Of a stretch of 64,000 bases of DNA, positions 40,910-51,184 are shown piece after piece; the first letter of the stretch is position 1; every line of letters begins with the position of its first letter. This DNA is from Marinobacterium sp. xm-d-530 (GTDB lineage Bacteria; Pseudomonadota; Gammaproteobacteria; Pseudomonadales; Balneatricaceae): the NCBI GenBank assembly GCA_949499045.1, contig CATEEE010000039.1, positions 3,276 through 67,275 of the forward strand, read 5' to 3'. Under the pieces are notes generated by a model that saw only the letters and a list, made by a program, of their open reading frames with translations, made no database searches and was not told the DNA's origin. The position numbers and the translations under genes are program-made.

Positions 40910-41389
40910 ATGACCCCTGCTATTGAAGCTGCCAAAAAGGCAAAAATACCCTTTAATACGCATCAGTATGAACATGCACCCGGGGCCGCTTACGGCCTCG
41001 AAGCTGCAGGTAAGTTAGCCCTCGACCCAGGTCAAGTTTTTAAAACTTTGATGCTTGAGACTGACCGAGGCCCAAGTGCGCTGGCGGTTGCAGTCATACC
41101 AGTAGCAGCCACTTTGGATCTCAAAGCCGCAGCTAAAGCACTAAAACAGAAAAAAGTGTCGATGGCGGATCCTCAGGTTGCTCAGCGCTTAACCGGCTAC
41201 CTGGTTGGAGGAATAAGTCCACTGGGGCAGAAGCGAGGTTTTGCTACCTTAATCGATCAGAGTGCTGAGTCTTTGAATACGGTGTACGTAAGTGCTGGAA
41301 GACGTGGACTTGAGATCGAGTTGACACCAACTGACCTGTTGAGAGTTACACAAGGTCAGTTTGCTGCGATTGCTAAGTTTAAGAGTTAA
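40910..41389 (+). CDS. ybaK: Cys-tRNA(Pro) deacylase
   Basis: MTPAI, QVFKTL, TGYLVGGISPLGQK, VSAGRRGL. Confidence 0.95.
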   Translation: MTPAIEAAKKAKIPFNTHQYEHAPGAAYGLEAAGKLALDPGQVFKTLMLETDRGPSALAVAVIPVAATLDLKAAAKALKQKKVSMADPQVAQRLTGYLVGGISPLGQKRGFATLIDQSAESLNTVYVSAGRRGLEIELTPTDLLRVTQGQFAAIAKFKS

Positions 41390-41411
41390 TGGGTTTTGGT
41401 CGTCTTAATCC

Positions 41412-43352
41412 TTAAACTCCCAACCCTTTGAATAGCTCTAACGCCTCAGGATTAGCCAGTGACTCCCTGTTTTTAACCGGCTCCCCGATCAACACGTTAC
41501 GTACGGCTAGCTCAACGATTTTTCCGCTTTTCGTTCTTGGGATATCGGCTACCGCTTTAATGATCCCGGGTACATGTCTGGGTGTGGTGTTGCTGCGAAT
41601 GGTGCTTTTAATCTCGGCCACAAGCTCATCTGTTAATGAAGTACCTTCAGCGAGCACGACGTAAAGAGCGACAATAACATCATCATCTTTTGGTAACCCG
41701 ACGCAGATGCTCTCGGTAATGCCTGCTACTTTCTCAACTTGACGGTAGATCTCGGCGGTACCGATTCTGACTCCACCTGGATTCAGCACGGCATCGGATC
41801 GACCATGGATGATCACTCCATTACGCTCTGTGAGTTCGGCGTAATCACCGTGTGCCCAAATGTTATCGAAGCGTTCAAAGTAGGCTGCTTTGTAACGTTC
41901 ACCCTGCGGGTCATTCCAGAAACCGATAGGTCGACTAGGGAAGGGGGCCGTACACACCAACTCTCCCTTCTCTCCGACCCTTGAGTTGCCCTCATCGTCA
42001 TAAATATCAACAGCCATACCTAACCCTCTTGCCTGCAATTCACCAGAGTAGACGGGTAGGGTTGGCACACCCAACGCAAAGCATGAGACGATGTCGGTTC
42101 CGCCAGAGATAGAGGCCAGGTGTAGATCTTGCTTCACTGAGTCATAGATAAATTCAAAGCTGTCGGGCGAGAGCGGAGATCCGGTTGAGAGTATCGATCT
42201 CAGCTGAGTAAAAGCGTGATGTTGATTGGGTCTATAATCCGCATTTTGAATGGCGGCTATGTACTTGGCACTGGTGCCAAAGGCGGTTATCTCCTCTTGT
42301 TCCACAATGTCCCAAAGAGCAGAGGCTGCAGGGTGGAAGGGTGAGCCGTCAAATAGAACGAGTGAGGCACCAACGGCTAAGCCTGATGCCATCCAGTTCC
42401 ACATCATCCAACCGCAGGTTGTAAAGTACATTAATCGGCTATCTGGGCCTAAATCAGTATGCAATGCTAGCTCTTTGATGTGCTGTAAAAGAGTACCACC
42501 AGCGCCATGCACGATGCATTTTGGAACCCCTGTTGTCCCTGATGAGTAGAGGATGTAAAGCGGATGATCAAAGGGCAGTTCTACAAAATCTATTTCGCTG
42601 GGTTGTTCGTCCGATAGGTCTGACCAACGTTGTGCTCCTTTTATGGCCTTTAGATCAGGTGAGTCATTAAGGAATGGGTAGACTACGACTCCTTCCACAC
42701 TGGGGATGCGAGCTATGATCTCGGGCAGCTTGTCGAGATTGTTAATCTGTTTTCCAGCATAGTGGTAGCCATCCACAGTAAAGATCAGTTTCGGCTCCAC
42801 TTGCCCGAATCGGTCGACGACACCATTGACCCCAAAATCGGGTGAGCAGGAGGTCCAAACAGCTCCCAGTGCGGTTGTGGCCAACATGGCAATAATCGCC
42901 TCTGGCGCATTGGGTAGGTAGCCTGCAATACGATCGCCGGCGACAATATTCATCTTTTTTAGATAGCTCTGTACCCCAGCAACTTGCTGATAAAGCTCTG
43001 CATAGGTCAGCGTTCTGCGGTTGCCATTTTCCCCCCGAAAAATGATCGCAACACTGTTATCGCGACGCTTTAATAGGTGCTTGGCGAAGTTGAGCTTGGC
43101 ACCTTCAAACCAATGGGCGTCACGAATTCCATCTCCCTTTTGTAGCACCTCTTTTGCCGGATGGCTGAACTCAACATTGAGATACTGACAAACCGAGTCC
43201 CAAAATTGATCAGGCTGTTCAATACTCCATTTCCACAGATCATCATAAGTCGATAGTGTTAGTGAGAGCTGATCGTTCACTCGGTTTTGGAATTCGGTTA
43301 AGCGTGCAGCGGCAATACGTTCATTGCTTGGATGCCAAAGCAGTTTAGACAT
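41412..43352 (-). CDS. Acetoacetyl-CoA synthetase
   Basis: WFEGAKLNFA, YILYSSGTTGVPKCIVH, YFTTCGWMMWNW, SISGGTD, GRSDAVLNPGGVRIGTAEIY. Confidence 0.93.
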   Translation of the reverse strand: MSKLLWHPSNERIAAARLTEFQNRVNDQLSLTLSTYDDLWKWSIEQPDQFWDSVCQYLNVEFSHPAKEVLQKGDGIRDAHWFEGAKLNFAKHLLKRRDNSVAIIFRGENGNRRTLTYAELYQQVAGVQSYLKKMNIVAGDRIAGYLPNAPEAIIAMLATTALGAVWTSCSPDFGVNGVVDRFGQVEPKLIFTVDGYHYAGKQINNLDKLPEIIARIPSVEGVVVYPFLNDSPDLKAIKGAQRWSDLSDEQPSEIDFVELPFDHPLYILYSSGTTGVPKCIVHGAGGTLLQHIKELALHTDLGPDSRLMYFTTCGWMMWNWMASGLAVGASLVLFDGSPFHPAASALWDIVEQEEITAFGTSAKYIAAIQNADYRPNQHHAFTQLRSILSTGSPLSPDSFEFIYDSVKQDLHLASISGGTDIVSCFALGVPTLPVYSGELQARGLGMAVDIYDDEGNSRVGEKGELVCTAPFPSRPIGFWNDPQGERYKAAYFERFDNIWAHGDYAELTERNGVIIHGRSDAVLNPGGVRIGTAEIYRQVEKVAGITESICVGLPKDDDVIVALYVVLAEGTSLTDELVAEIKSTIRSNTTPRHVPGIIKAVADIPRTKSGKIVELAVRNVLIGEPVKNRESLANPEALELFKGLGV

Positions 43353-43459
43353 GAGTTTACCTAAAGCTAAGAAATTATATGAACCATAAGTCATGGTGTT
43401 CTTTCACTCAAGCGGAAAGGGGTGGAAGTTCACTTCGCGAAACCGGAGATTTGGGGAAT

Positions 43460-43484
43460 AAAAAAGGCACCCTAAGGTGCCTTT
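43460..43484 (-). terminator. Terminator after mobA-like gene
   Basis: AAAAAAGGCACC-CTAA-GGTGCCTTT. Confidence 0.75.
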
Positions 43485-43501
43485 GCTAGTTGGATCTGAT
43501 T

Positions 43502-45424
43502 TCAGTTCTGCTCAACAAAGATGTTTGAGAAGAAGTCAGCCAATTCGTCTGTTGCCGATAGTGGCAGTACGTGTGCGATGTACTGGTCTGGACGCACGAC
43601 AATCATACAGCCCTGCTCACGATCGATACCGCGCATGTCGAAGATGTCGCCATTGCCTTTGTGATCAACACAGAAGACTTTCTCATGATCCTGGATACCC
43701 AACTTGCCCTTCTTGGGAATAAGTAGCGAAGGCATCTTGTCATAATCCAGGTCGTAGAATGTCTGCTGGAACACAGCACGAACATCAATGACTGAATCGA
43801 TATCAGCACCGGACTGGGTGTATTTAACAACCGGTGAGTGGCTGTCGTTCTCTAACCAATCCGCTAGGGTATGAATGGCAGAGCTTGAGCTGGTGTCATT
43901 TTTGCCAGCAAACGCATAGATTCTCCAACGAGCATCGGCCTGTGCTACATGACCCAGTTGCATGTGTTTCGCATCGGACACACGAAGTACAGGTGCAGAG
44001 TGGAAACGACGTCCAATCTCTTCGCCTGTTGCCAACGCTTGGTAGGTTGGCGCACCGGTTAGGATTGACTCATCGTATTTAACTGCCAAGCCGCCCGTGA
44101 ACTCTAAATTCTCCTTGAAGGCACGAACGAAGCGAGGCTCATCGCCTTTATCCAGTTCAGAGGTTCCAGGAGGGGCCGACATAATGCGCGCCCACTCATG
44201 GTCGGTTTCAACAAGACGTTTGGCTTCCGTCCAACGCTCTTTAGAGTAGGTGTGTAGCAGTGAGGCGTCCGATTGACCAGTCAGTACGTGTACTAACTTC
44301 CAGCCTAGGTTGAAGGTATCTTGCATCGACACGTTCATGCCCTGGCCCGCTTTAGGGCTGTGCGTGTGACACGCATCGCCAGCGGTAAATACGCGTGGGT
44401 TGCGAGTTGCACGTTCTTCATCAACGACATCATCAAAGCGGTCAGTCATGCGGTGACCGATCTCGTACACAGACCACCAAACCACCTCTTTTACATCGAT
44501 GCTGTATGGGTGCATGATGCGGTTGGCTGCTGCGATTGTGTCTTCCGCTGTGAACTTGCGGTTTGCAACACGCTCATCCTCTTTCAGTTTGTCGAGCTCA
44601 ACGTACATGCGGAACATGTAACCACCCTCACGAGGTAGGATCAGTACGTTGCCCTCTGTGGCAGAGGTGATCAGACACTTCTGGCGAACATCAGGGAAAT
44701 CCGTGTTGGCAAGGATGTCCATAACGCCCCAAGCCTGGTGTGCTGCATCGCCATGCAGTTCGCCACCGATTGCAGTCCGAACATTAGAGCGTGCACCGTC
44801 ACAACCAACCACGTAGTTGGCGCGAACAATCTTCTTATTACCTTTATTAATACCGGTATTGACCAGTGTCACTGTCACTGGGTATTCATCAAGTGATGGG
44901 TTTACCTCTAACGTTTCTACCGACCAGCTGTAGTCCGGTTGCATTCGTGTGGGTGAGTTATCCATCACTTCAAGGAACCACTGATGGATGCGTGACTGAT
45001 TGACGATGATATGTGGCATCTCAGATGAGTCATCAGCAACGTCCTGAACGCGACCGATGCGTTGGATATTCTTTGGGTTCTCTGGGTCTGGCATCCAGAA
45101 ATTGGTTTGGTTTACCCAGTAAGCTTCACGCTTTACTGCATCCGCAAAACCAAAAGCCTGAAACATCTCCATGGTGCGCGTGTTGATACCATCCGCTTTA
45201 CCTTTTTGGATGTTCATTGGGCTTGGCTCAACGATCATTGTGCTGATCTCAGGGAACTGAGATAGCTGAGCTGCAAGACAGAGGCCTGCAGGGCCTGTAC
45301 CGGCAATCAGCACGTCAACTTTTTCAGGAAGAATGGCATTGGGTGCGAATTCACGGCGATTAGGTGCAGCATTTTTGCGATCTGGGTTACCGCCACGGAA
45401 ACCATCTTCATAATATTGCATCAC
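43502..45424 (-). CDS. Phenol 2-monooxygenase family flavoprotein, 3-hydroxybenzoate 4-monooxygenase (MobA)-like
   Basis: N-terminus MQY..DGFRGGNP, VLIAGTGPAG, GKADG, GCDGARS, AGDACHTHSPKAGQGMNVSMQD, thioredoxin-like C-terminal domain; 640 aa. Confidence 0.85.
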   Translation of the reverse strand: MMQYYEDGFRGGNPDRKNAAPNRREFAPNAILPEKVDVLIAGTGPAGLCLAAQLSQFPEISTMIVEPSPMNIQKGKADGINTRTMEMFQAFGFADAVKREAYWVNQTNFWMPDPENPKNIQRIGRVQDVADDSSEMPHIIVNQSRIHQWFLEVMDNSPTRMQPDYSWSVETLEVNPSLDEYPVTVTLVNTGINKGNKKIVRANYVVGCDGARSNVRTAIGGELHGDAAHQAWGVMDILANTDFPDVRQKCLITSATEGNVLILPREGGYMFRMYVELDKLKEDERVANRKFTAEDTIAAANRIMHPYSIDVKEVVWWSVYEIGHRMTDRFDDVVDEERATRNPRVFTAGDACHTHSPKAGQGMNVSMQDTFNLGWKLVHVLTGQSDASLLHTYSKERWTEAKRLVETDHEWARIMSAPPGTSELDKGDEPRFVRAFKENLEFTGGLAVKYDESILTGAPTYQALATGEEIGRRFHSAPVLRVSDAKHMQLGHVAQADARWRIYAFAGKNDTSSSSAIHTLADWLENDSHSPVVKYTQSGADIDSVIDVRAVFQQTFYDLDYDKMPSLLIPKKGKLGIQDHEKVFCVDHKGNGDIFDMRGIDREQGCMIVVRPDQYIAHVLPLSATDELADFFSNIFVEQN

Positions 45425-45472
45425 TAGACTCCTTGTTGTCTTCTGTCTCTTAGTGCAGCTTGGTAAGCTATT

Positions 45473-45551
45473 TAGTAAGCATACTTACTATTAATGAGCA
45501 TAGTTTAACTAATGTTTTATACGGCTGTAAACTAGTAAGTGTACAAACTAG
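45473..45551. promoter_or_regulatory. Putative MarR operators between the divergent monooxygenase and regulator
   Basis: TAGTAAG-CATA-CTTACTA (45473-45490) and a variant TAGTAAG-TGTA-CAAACTA (45533-45550). Confidence 0.55.
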
Positions 45552-45600
45552 TTTGTTTCACATAGGATGGTCTAAATAACCTAGAGTTCTGGAGAGAAGG

Positions 45601-46017
45601 TTGTCCTACTACGAGATGCCTGGTCACCTGATACGACGCTTAAGCCAGCAGTCTAACCAGGTGTTTCAAGATGAAATGAAACGCATCGGTTTCGATGTCA
45701 CGTCGGTGCAGTTTGCCGCAATGCAGGCGATAGATCTGCATGGCGAGATGGAGCAGTCTCAGATCGCTCAATCGATTCATTATGATAAAGCGACCATTGG
45801 CGGAGTGATTGATCGACTTGAAAAACGGGGTTGGGTAGAGCGGAAAGCAAACCCCAAAGATAAACGTGCCAAATTAGTTTCCCTTACTAAAGAAGGGTGC
45901 AAAGCCTTGGGGGAGTTTACGCCAGTGGTCAATGCGCTACAGGATCAAGTTGTGGCTAATCTTAGCGCTGAAGAGCGTGCACTGTTTATCAAATTGGCGC
46001 AAAAGGTTGTTTCTTAG
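45601..46017 (+). CDS. MarR family regulator (MobR/HcaR-like)
   Basis: PGHLIRRL, VTSVQFA, DKATIGGVIDRLEKRGWVER...DKRA; TTG start after a GGAGA-rich RBS. Confidence 0.9.
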   Translation: MSYYEMPGHLIRRLSQQSNQVFQDEMKRIGFDVTSVQFAAMQAIDLHGEMEQSQIAQSIHYDKATIGGVIDRLEKRGWVERKANPKDKRAKLVSLTKEGCKALGEFTPVVNALQDQVVANLSAEERALFIKLAQKVVS

Positions 46018-46083
46018 AACGTTTTTTGAACTTGAAAATTGCCCTATTTGGAGTAGGCTCAGTGCCTTGTGGGTCGAAATGAG

Positions 46084-46265
46084 TTGACATAATCACCTAT
46101 GCTGTATTAAAGTGCATCCCGATCGATAATTTATCGACTATTTGTGTCCGCTGTTTCGAAGTACTCGCAAGATCCTCGTCCTGTAATCATAAGTAATATT
46201 TAAAATATCTTTCATTTCCTTCGGCTCAAGAATGAGTCGTCAACTCTTTTTATGGGACAAAAAAT
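46084..46265 (+). promoter_or_regulatory. Sigma70-like promoter and long 5' leader of the cold-shock gene
   Basis: TTGACA at 46084-46089 and TAAAGT at 46108-46113, giving a leader of about 145 nt as in cspA-family mRNAs. Confidence 0.5.
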
Positions 46266-46475
46266 ATGTCAACTACACATACTGGAACCGTTAAATGGTT
46301 CAATGATGAAAAAGGTTTCGGTTTTATTCAGCAAGAGTCAGGCCCAGACGTTTTCGCACATTTCAAGGCAATTGAAGGTGACGGCTTTAAAAGCCTAACT
46401 GAAGGTCAGCAAGTAGAGTTTAATATCTCTCAAGGACAGAAAGGTCCTCAAGCTGACAACATTCGTCCGATCTAA
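46266..46475 (+). CDS. Cold-shock protein (CspA family)
   Basis: [28 protein letters not shown]. Confidence 0.97.
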   Translation: MSTTHTGTVKWFNDEKGFGFIQQESGPDVFAHFKAIEGDGFKSLTEGQQVEFNISQGQKGPQADNIRPI

Positions 46476-46736
46476 TCCTGATCAGACTCAGTGGGGGTTT
46501 TAAATAACCCCTGCTCTTCACTCACTTCCCCTTTCAAACTACACCGACAACATTGCTGCTAGCAAAGCAATTTATCAATCCTATCATCTGAGCTATCACT
46601 TACCTTAACGAATCTAGTTGAAGGGTTGTGCCAATCTCATTTTTTACCTTTATTGATCAGTGCAGATTGGGCCCGATTATTGCGTTCGGGGAAATTGAGA
46701 TACTTTTTAAAAGATATATTTTTAGGTTGTAAATAA

Positions 46737-46913
46737 ATGGACAATTTACTCTTTACACTTCGCAAAGATGGAAGTGTCATGTGTGCGGAAGATCACCGTG
46801 GACTACTCTGTTTCAAAATAGATTCTGAAACCCACGAGCAGTGGATGCTTCGTTGTGCAGAGATCTTTCGCCTAGGCTCTTTGGTAGCAGATGTATCTCG
46901 ACTTAAACGCTAA
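46737..46913 (+). CDS. Possible 58-aa hypothetical protein
   Basis: Hand-translated MDNLLFTLRKDGSVMCAEDHRGLLCFKIDSETHEQWMLRCAEIFRLGSLVADVSRLKR. It fills the gap between csp and the folD terminator; weak RBS. Confidence 0.4.
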   Translation: MDNLLFTLRKDGSVMCAEDHRGLLCFKIDSETHEQWMLRCAEIFRLGSLVADVSRLKR

Positions 46914-46955
46914 GGTTTAAGGGTATTGGGCGACTAATATGTGCCAAAAAGAGAG

Positions 46956-46978
46956 AAAAAGGAGAACCTTAGCTCTCC
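46956..46978 (-). terminator. folD terminator
   Basis: Minus strand GGAGAGC-TAAG-GTTCTCC-TTTTT. Confidence 0.7.
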
Positions 46979-47001
46979 AAGCTGTTTGACCGCAGCTAGA
47001 T

Positions 47002-47850
47002 TTAGCCTGAGATCTTCTTCTCGCCAGCTGCAACACACTGGAAGATAAGTGTGTTGATTGTCATAGGACCTACGCCACCAGGGACGGGAGTCAGCGCCGC
47101 GACACGTCCATTAAGTGGTGCCATTTCGATATCACCAATACCGCCTGGGTGGTAGCCTGCATCAACAACAATCGCACCATCTTTGATCCAATCCGCTTTA
47201 ATGAATTCGGGGCGACCAACAGCGCCAACGACGATATCAGCCTGTTTGATAATGTCGGCTAGACCTTGAGTGCGTGAGTGACAGATGGTCACAGTCGCGT
47301 CAGCGTTCAGTAACATCATACCCATGGGCTTGCCTAAAATAGGACTACGGCCGACCACAACGGCGTTCTTGCCTGATAGTGGAATGTTGTAAGCTTCCAG
47401 AAGACGCATGATGCCCTGTGGTGTTGCAGAGCCGTATGCATCTTCCTGCATCGCCATGCGACCAAAGCCAAGACAGGTAACACCGTCTACGTCTTTCTCA
47501 AGAGCGATGGCATCAAAGCAGGCACGTTCATCAATCTGCTCAGGAACTGGGTGCTGAAGAAGAATGCCGTGACAGTTTGGGTTGCTATTCAGCTCTTGGA
47601 TCTTCTCTAAAAGCTCATCAGTAGTCGTCTCTGCACCCATTTCAACTGTAATTGATTCCATACCGATGCGTTTACAAGCGTTTTGCTTCATGCGCACATA
47701 GGTTGCTGACGCCGGATCAGCGCCTACCAGAATAGTGGCTAGCGCAGGCGTTTGGCCGCCGCTTTTCGCTTTAAGGTTTTCAACGCGTTTAGCGAGATCA
47801 GCTTCGGTTTTTTTAGCAACGGCGCTGCCATCAAGAATCAGTGTAGTCAT
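47002..47850 (-). CDS. folD: Bifunctional methylenetetrahydrofolate dehydrogenase/cyclohydrolase
   Basis: [43 protein letters not shown]. Start taken at ATG 47850. Confidence 0.97.
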   Translation of the reverse strand: MTTLILDGSAVAKKTEADLAKRVENLKAKSGGQTPALATILVGADPASATYVRMKQNACKRIGMESITVEMGAETTTDELLEKIQELNSNPNCHGILLQHPVPEQIDERACFDAIALEKDVDGVTCLGFGRMAMQEDAYGSATPQGIMRLLEAYNIPLSGKNAVVVGRSPILGKPMGMMLLNADATVTICHSRTQGLADIIKQADIVVGAVGRPEFIKADWIKDGAIVVDAGYHPGGIGDIEMAPLNGRVAALTPVPGGVGPMTINTLIFQCVAAGEKKISG

Positions 47851-47996
47851 GGTTTTCCTGTGGTTGGGATCTTGCAAAATGGATTGTGCGGATTCTATCA
47901 CTACTGTTTAGTTTTTGCTTCTTGTGCTGAATGAATCAAACCTTTTTTAGGTTTTAACGCCATCTGACGATGGCGACACTCAGAGCCGAGCGCTGT

Positions 47997-49226
47997 TTAA
48001 TGGGTATACGCTTGTCGTGTGGTGCGATCCGCTTCCGACGGTGTAGGCAGCTGAAGCGGTGCGTTTTTGGCACTCAGAAGTTGGGCTGCTTCATGTTGTT
48101 CACCAAGCTGAATGTAGAGCTCGGTTAATTCGATCAGTGTCTGTGTCTGATGGTTGAGTTCAAGTGATTTTCTGTAGTGCGTTATAGCGGCCCCCCACAA
48201 CTGTGCGCGACGTGAAAGGCGTGCTAAAACCAGTTCAACTGCGGCATTTTCAGGCTGTTGTTTTAACCACCCCTTGGCCGTTTTGATCATGGAGTCTGGA
48301 TCGTCACAGGGCAACTCACTAAAACGAACTGCTAGATCGTTATCCCAGTTTTTAGCAAGCCACTTAATGATTTGGGTACAGGCGTCTGCTGTTTCGTTTA
48401 AGGCGGTCAGCTGACCCATGTACGCTCGACGAACCTCTGTGTCTTGCTGAGCTTCGTAACTCAGACCTTCCCAACACTGGTCAAGTGCTGAGCGAGACGA
48501 TTCTTCTAAATTGTTTAGTTTAGACAGAGCAGCGGTGCGTCTTAACGTTTGTATGTCGTTGCTATTTAATACCTTACGTTTTTGCAGGTTTGGCAGCATG
48601 GGTAGTAAGGCGTTCCAATCGCGTTTCGCACTGAGCAGCGCCGCTTTCTCGCGATCTACGGCTGTTGAGTTTGAGCGCTCTTTTGAAAGTTTACTCAGTA
48701 GTTCGCCTGCTCGCTCATGGTGCCCTGACTTTATGTCAAAGCGTGCCTGCTCTAGTTGAAGGCGTAACTCTGACTCGGGTGACTCTTTAGCCGCTTTGAT
48801 TAGTATACGGTGCGCCTCTTTTTCATCCCCTTGCTCGGCTGCACATCTGGCAGCTTCTAGGTAGAACAGAGCGGGTGTCCGGCTCAGTTCTGCGGCTTGA
48901 ATAAATAGGCGACGGGCTTTCCATAGGTCACCTTCCAGTTCCGCTTCCAGTGCTTGATTGGACTTGCTGCCGGCCTTTCTATCACCGCGCGCTTCGTTCC
49001 AGCGACGGAGTTTCTCGGCAGGTGAGCGCCAGTTCGAGAACAGATTAAATAGCCAGTGTGTGAGTGTGAACAGAAGAACCACTGCGATCAGTAACACCCA
49101 GAGACTGGTTTCAATGGAGACCTGCTGGTAAGCAATTAAGACATAACCACTGTCTTTCATCATGGCCTGCCCGACCCAGGCTCCAACTAAAAGTAGGAGT
49201 GAGAGTAGGATTAAAAAGCGTCTCAT
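47997..49226 (-). CDS. hemY: HemY-like TPR membrane protein
   Basis: N-terminal TM segments with GYVLI..IETSLW, TPR-like helices, position in hemCDXY. Confidence 0.88.
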   Translation of the reverse strand: MRRFLILLSLLLLVGAWVGQAMMKDSGYVLIAYQQVSIETSLWVLLIAVVLLFTLTHWLFNLFSNWRSPAEKLRRWNEARGDRKAGSKSNQALEAELEGDLWKARRLFIQAAELSRTPALFYLEAARCAAEQGDEKEAHRILIKAAKESPESELRLQLEQARFDIKSGHHERAGELLSKLSKERSNSTAVDREKAALLSAKRDWNALLPMLPNLQKRKVLNSNDIQTLRRTAALSKLNNLEESSRSALDQCWEGLSYEAQQDTEVRRAYMGQLTALNETADACTQIIKWLAKNWDNDLAVRFSELPCDDPDSMIKTAKGWLKQQPENAAVELVLARLSRRAQLWGAAITHYRKSLELNHQTQTLIELTELYIQLGEQHEAAQLLSAKNAPLQLPTPSEADRTTRQAYTH

Positions 49227-50407
49227 TACTGTGCCTCCCTGCGCAGGTTAGCCATCTCTTTTTGATGCTGTTGCAGAGCCTTCAATGATCCCGAGATATC
49301 TGGAATCGTCGGCGAGACATTCAAGGTTGTCAGCTCAGCTAGGGATTGGATCAGAACACTGGTCGTGTAGTTATCCCTATCAAAGTACTGCATCAGCAGA
49401 GACTGTGCACGTGACAAGCTGGTCGTAAAAACAGACTGCTGTTGGCGTAATAGGGCCAGTTGCGCCTGTTCTAAAAGCATTTGAATATTTTGGCGAAGAT
49501 AGTGCCCTTGATCCGGTGATAGGATCGGCTCTACCGGCTGATCGTGTCGTTGAATAACGATGAGTGACTCAAGTTTGCTGATCGCTTTAGCGAAACCGCT
49601 CGTGATGCTCTGTTGTGTTTCGGTATCAACCTGCTCTGTAATGACGTTGTCGATCAATTCGGGCAGTTGTCTCTGTTGCTCTAGAGTGAGTGTTGGTAAG
49701 TCTTTACTACGCTCAATAAGGGCAGCAACTCGAAGGTAAGTGCCCTCTAAGTCTAAATTGGGTACTGATTCGAGTTTGGATATATCACTGGCAAGGCTTT
49801 GGCGCAGTGGGTAGAGGCTGACATCGTCTAACTCTTTAAGAATAGTGTCGGTGCTCCGCAATAAAGCCAGCGCACCTTCGGCGCGGTTTTCCATTAAGAT
49901 GCGTTGGTTTGCTAAGCGCAGTAGATATTCGGCTTCCGCCAAGCGCCAGTCGCTCTCTGAACGATCTCGGCCAGCTTCAACCTGTTTGATGGCATCGCTA
50001 AGACGTTCTTGTAGGGTGGCGATCTCTGCCGTTTGTGCCACTTTCTCCGCTTGGATCTGTTGGAAACTCTCAGTGAGCTCGGCGACTGCTGCGTTGGCAT
50101 CATTGACCGCTGCCGTAGCCTCAAGTTGTTGAGCGGCACTGCGCTGATTAAAGTTTTCTTCAAGTAGGGTGAGTTTTTGCTGAGCAACGTAACCGCCGGC
50201 ACCAACAGCCCCAAGAGCAACCAAGCTGATAATTGTTGCTAAAATCGCTGAAGCGCTTTTTTTAGCAGGGATCGTCTCTTTTACATCAGAACTCTGTGCA
50301 GCTGGTTCGCCAACGGTCTCGTCTAACTTTGATTCAACAACTTCAGCTTCAAGAATCTCAGATTTTTCAACTTGCTCGGTTTGATTCTCTTTATCGGAGT
50401 GACTCAT
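49226..50407 (-). CDS. hemX: HemX (uroporphyrinogen-III C-methyltransferase family)
   Basis: TM anchor, coiled coil, WRLAEAEYLLRLANQR, LRQNIQMLLEQAQLALL. Confidence 0.92.
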   Translation of the reverse strand: MSHSDKENQTEQVEKSEILEAEVVESKLDETVGEPAAQSSDVKETIPAKKSASAILATIISLVALGAVGAGGYVAQQKLTLLEENFNQRSAAQQLEATAAVNDANAAVAELTESFQQIQAEKVAQTAEIATLQERLSDAIKQVEAGRDRSESDWRLAEAEYLLRLANQRILMENRAEGALALLRSTDTILKELDDVSLYPLRQSLASDISKLESVPNLDLEGTYLRVAALIERSKDLPTLTLEQQRQLPELIDNVITEQVDTETQQSITSGFAKAISKLESLIVIQRHDQPVEPILSPDQGHYLRQNIQMLLEQAQLALLRQQQSVFTTSLSRAQSLLMQYFDRDNYTTSVLIQSLAELTTLNVSPTIPDISGSLKALQQHQKEMANLRREAQ

Positions 50408-50419
50408 CGCTCTATTCCT

Positions 50420-51184
50420 TTATTGAAACCGCTGCTCAAGGGCCGCGATCATGGCGCTGTCATCAGCACCGTTTGCGACTGTAATATCGGTAAAACCTAA
50501 CTCATTTCCTAGATCGGCAACGCGCTGACTCGGAACAAAAATGGGTGTATCGGCAAACATACCCCACTCATCGGCAAGCTTCGCTAAATGCTCTAACGCT
50601 TCGCCACTACTGATGAGTATAGCGCCTGGTGTCTTTTTAAAACATTCTGTAAGTTCAGCATCACTGTATTCAGGCATTTGGCGCTGATAGAGATTGATTG
50701 TTTCGACCTTTGCACCACGCTCAGCTAACGTCTCTTCTAGCAGTGTTCTTCCGCCTACGCCTTTGAATATTAAGATTCGCTCACCGGAAGGTTGGGCGAA
50801 TGCTGGCAGCGTTAACAGAGCTTCTGAGTCGAGTCCCTCATTGGTGGTGGCACGAATGTCATAACGGGTCAGTTCCTCCGCCGTTCCTTTGCCAATGGCG
50901 TGCCATTCAACTCCAATAGGGAGTTGTGGCCAGAGTTGATCAAGTAGATCGATGGCAATTCTAGCTGCATTTCGACTCACGACAATGATGTGTTGATAGA
51001 GGTCGAGATCGAGTAGTTTACTTTGCAGTCCTGGGGTCGATGGGTTCTCTAAATCTTCAGGAATGATCTCCAAAAGAGGTAATGGGATTGCTTTAAAGCC
51101 TCTCTCATTAAGAGCAGACATTAGCGCGCCCTGCATGGCTGCCGGGCGCGTTGTTAAAACGCTGGGTTTAGCCGCGCTCGGCAT
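50420..51184 (-). CDS. hemD: Uroporphyrinogen-III synthase
   Basis: [31 protein letters not shown]. Confidence 0.93.
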   Translation of the reverse strand: MPSAAKPSVLTTRPAAMQGALMSALNERGFKAIPLPLLEIIPEDLENPSTPGLQSKLLDLDLYQHIIVVSRNAARIAIDLLDQLWPQLPIGVEWHAIGKGTAEELTRYDIRATTNEGLDSEALLTLPAFAQPSGERILIFKGVGGRTLLEETLAERGAKVETINLYQRQMPEYSDAELTECFKKTPGAILISSGEALEHLAKLADEWGMFADTPIFVPSQRVADLGNELGFTDITVANGADDSAMIAALEQRFQ

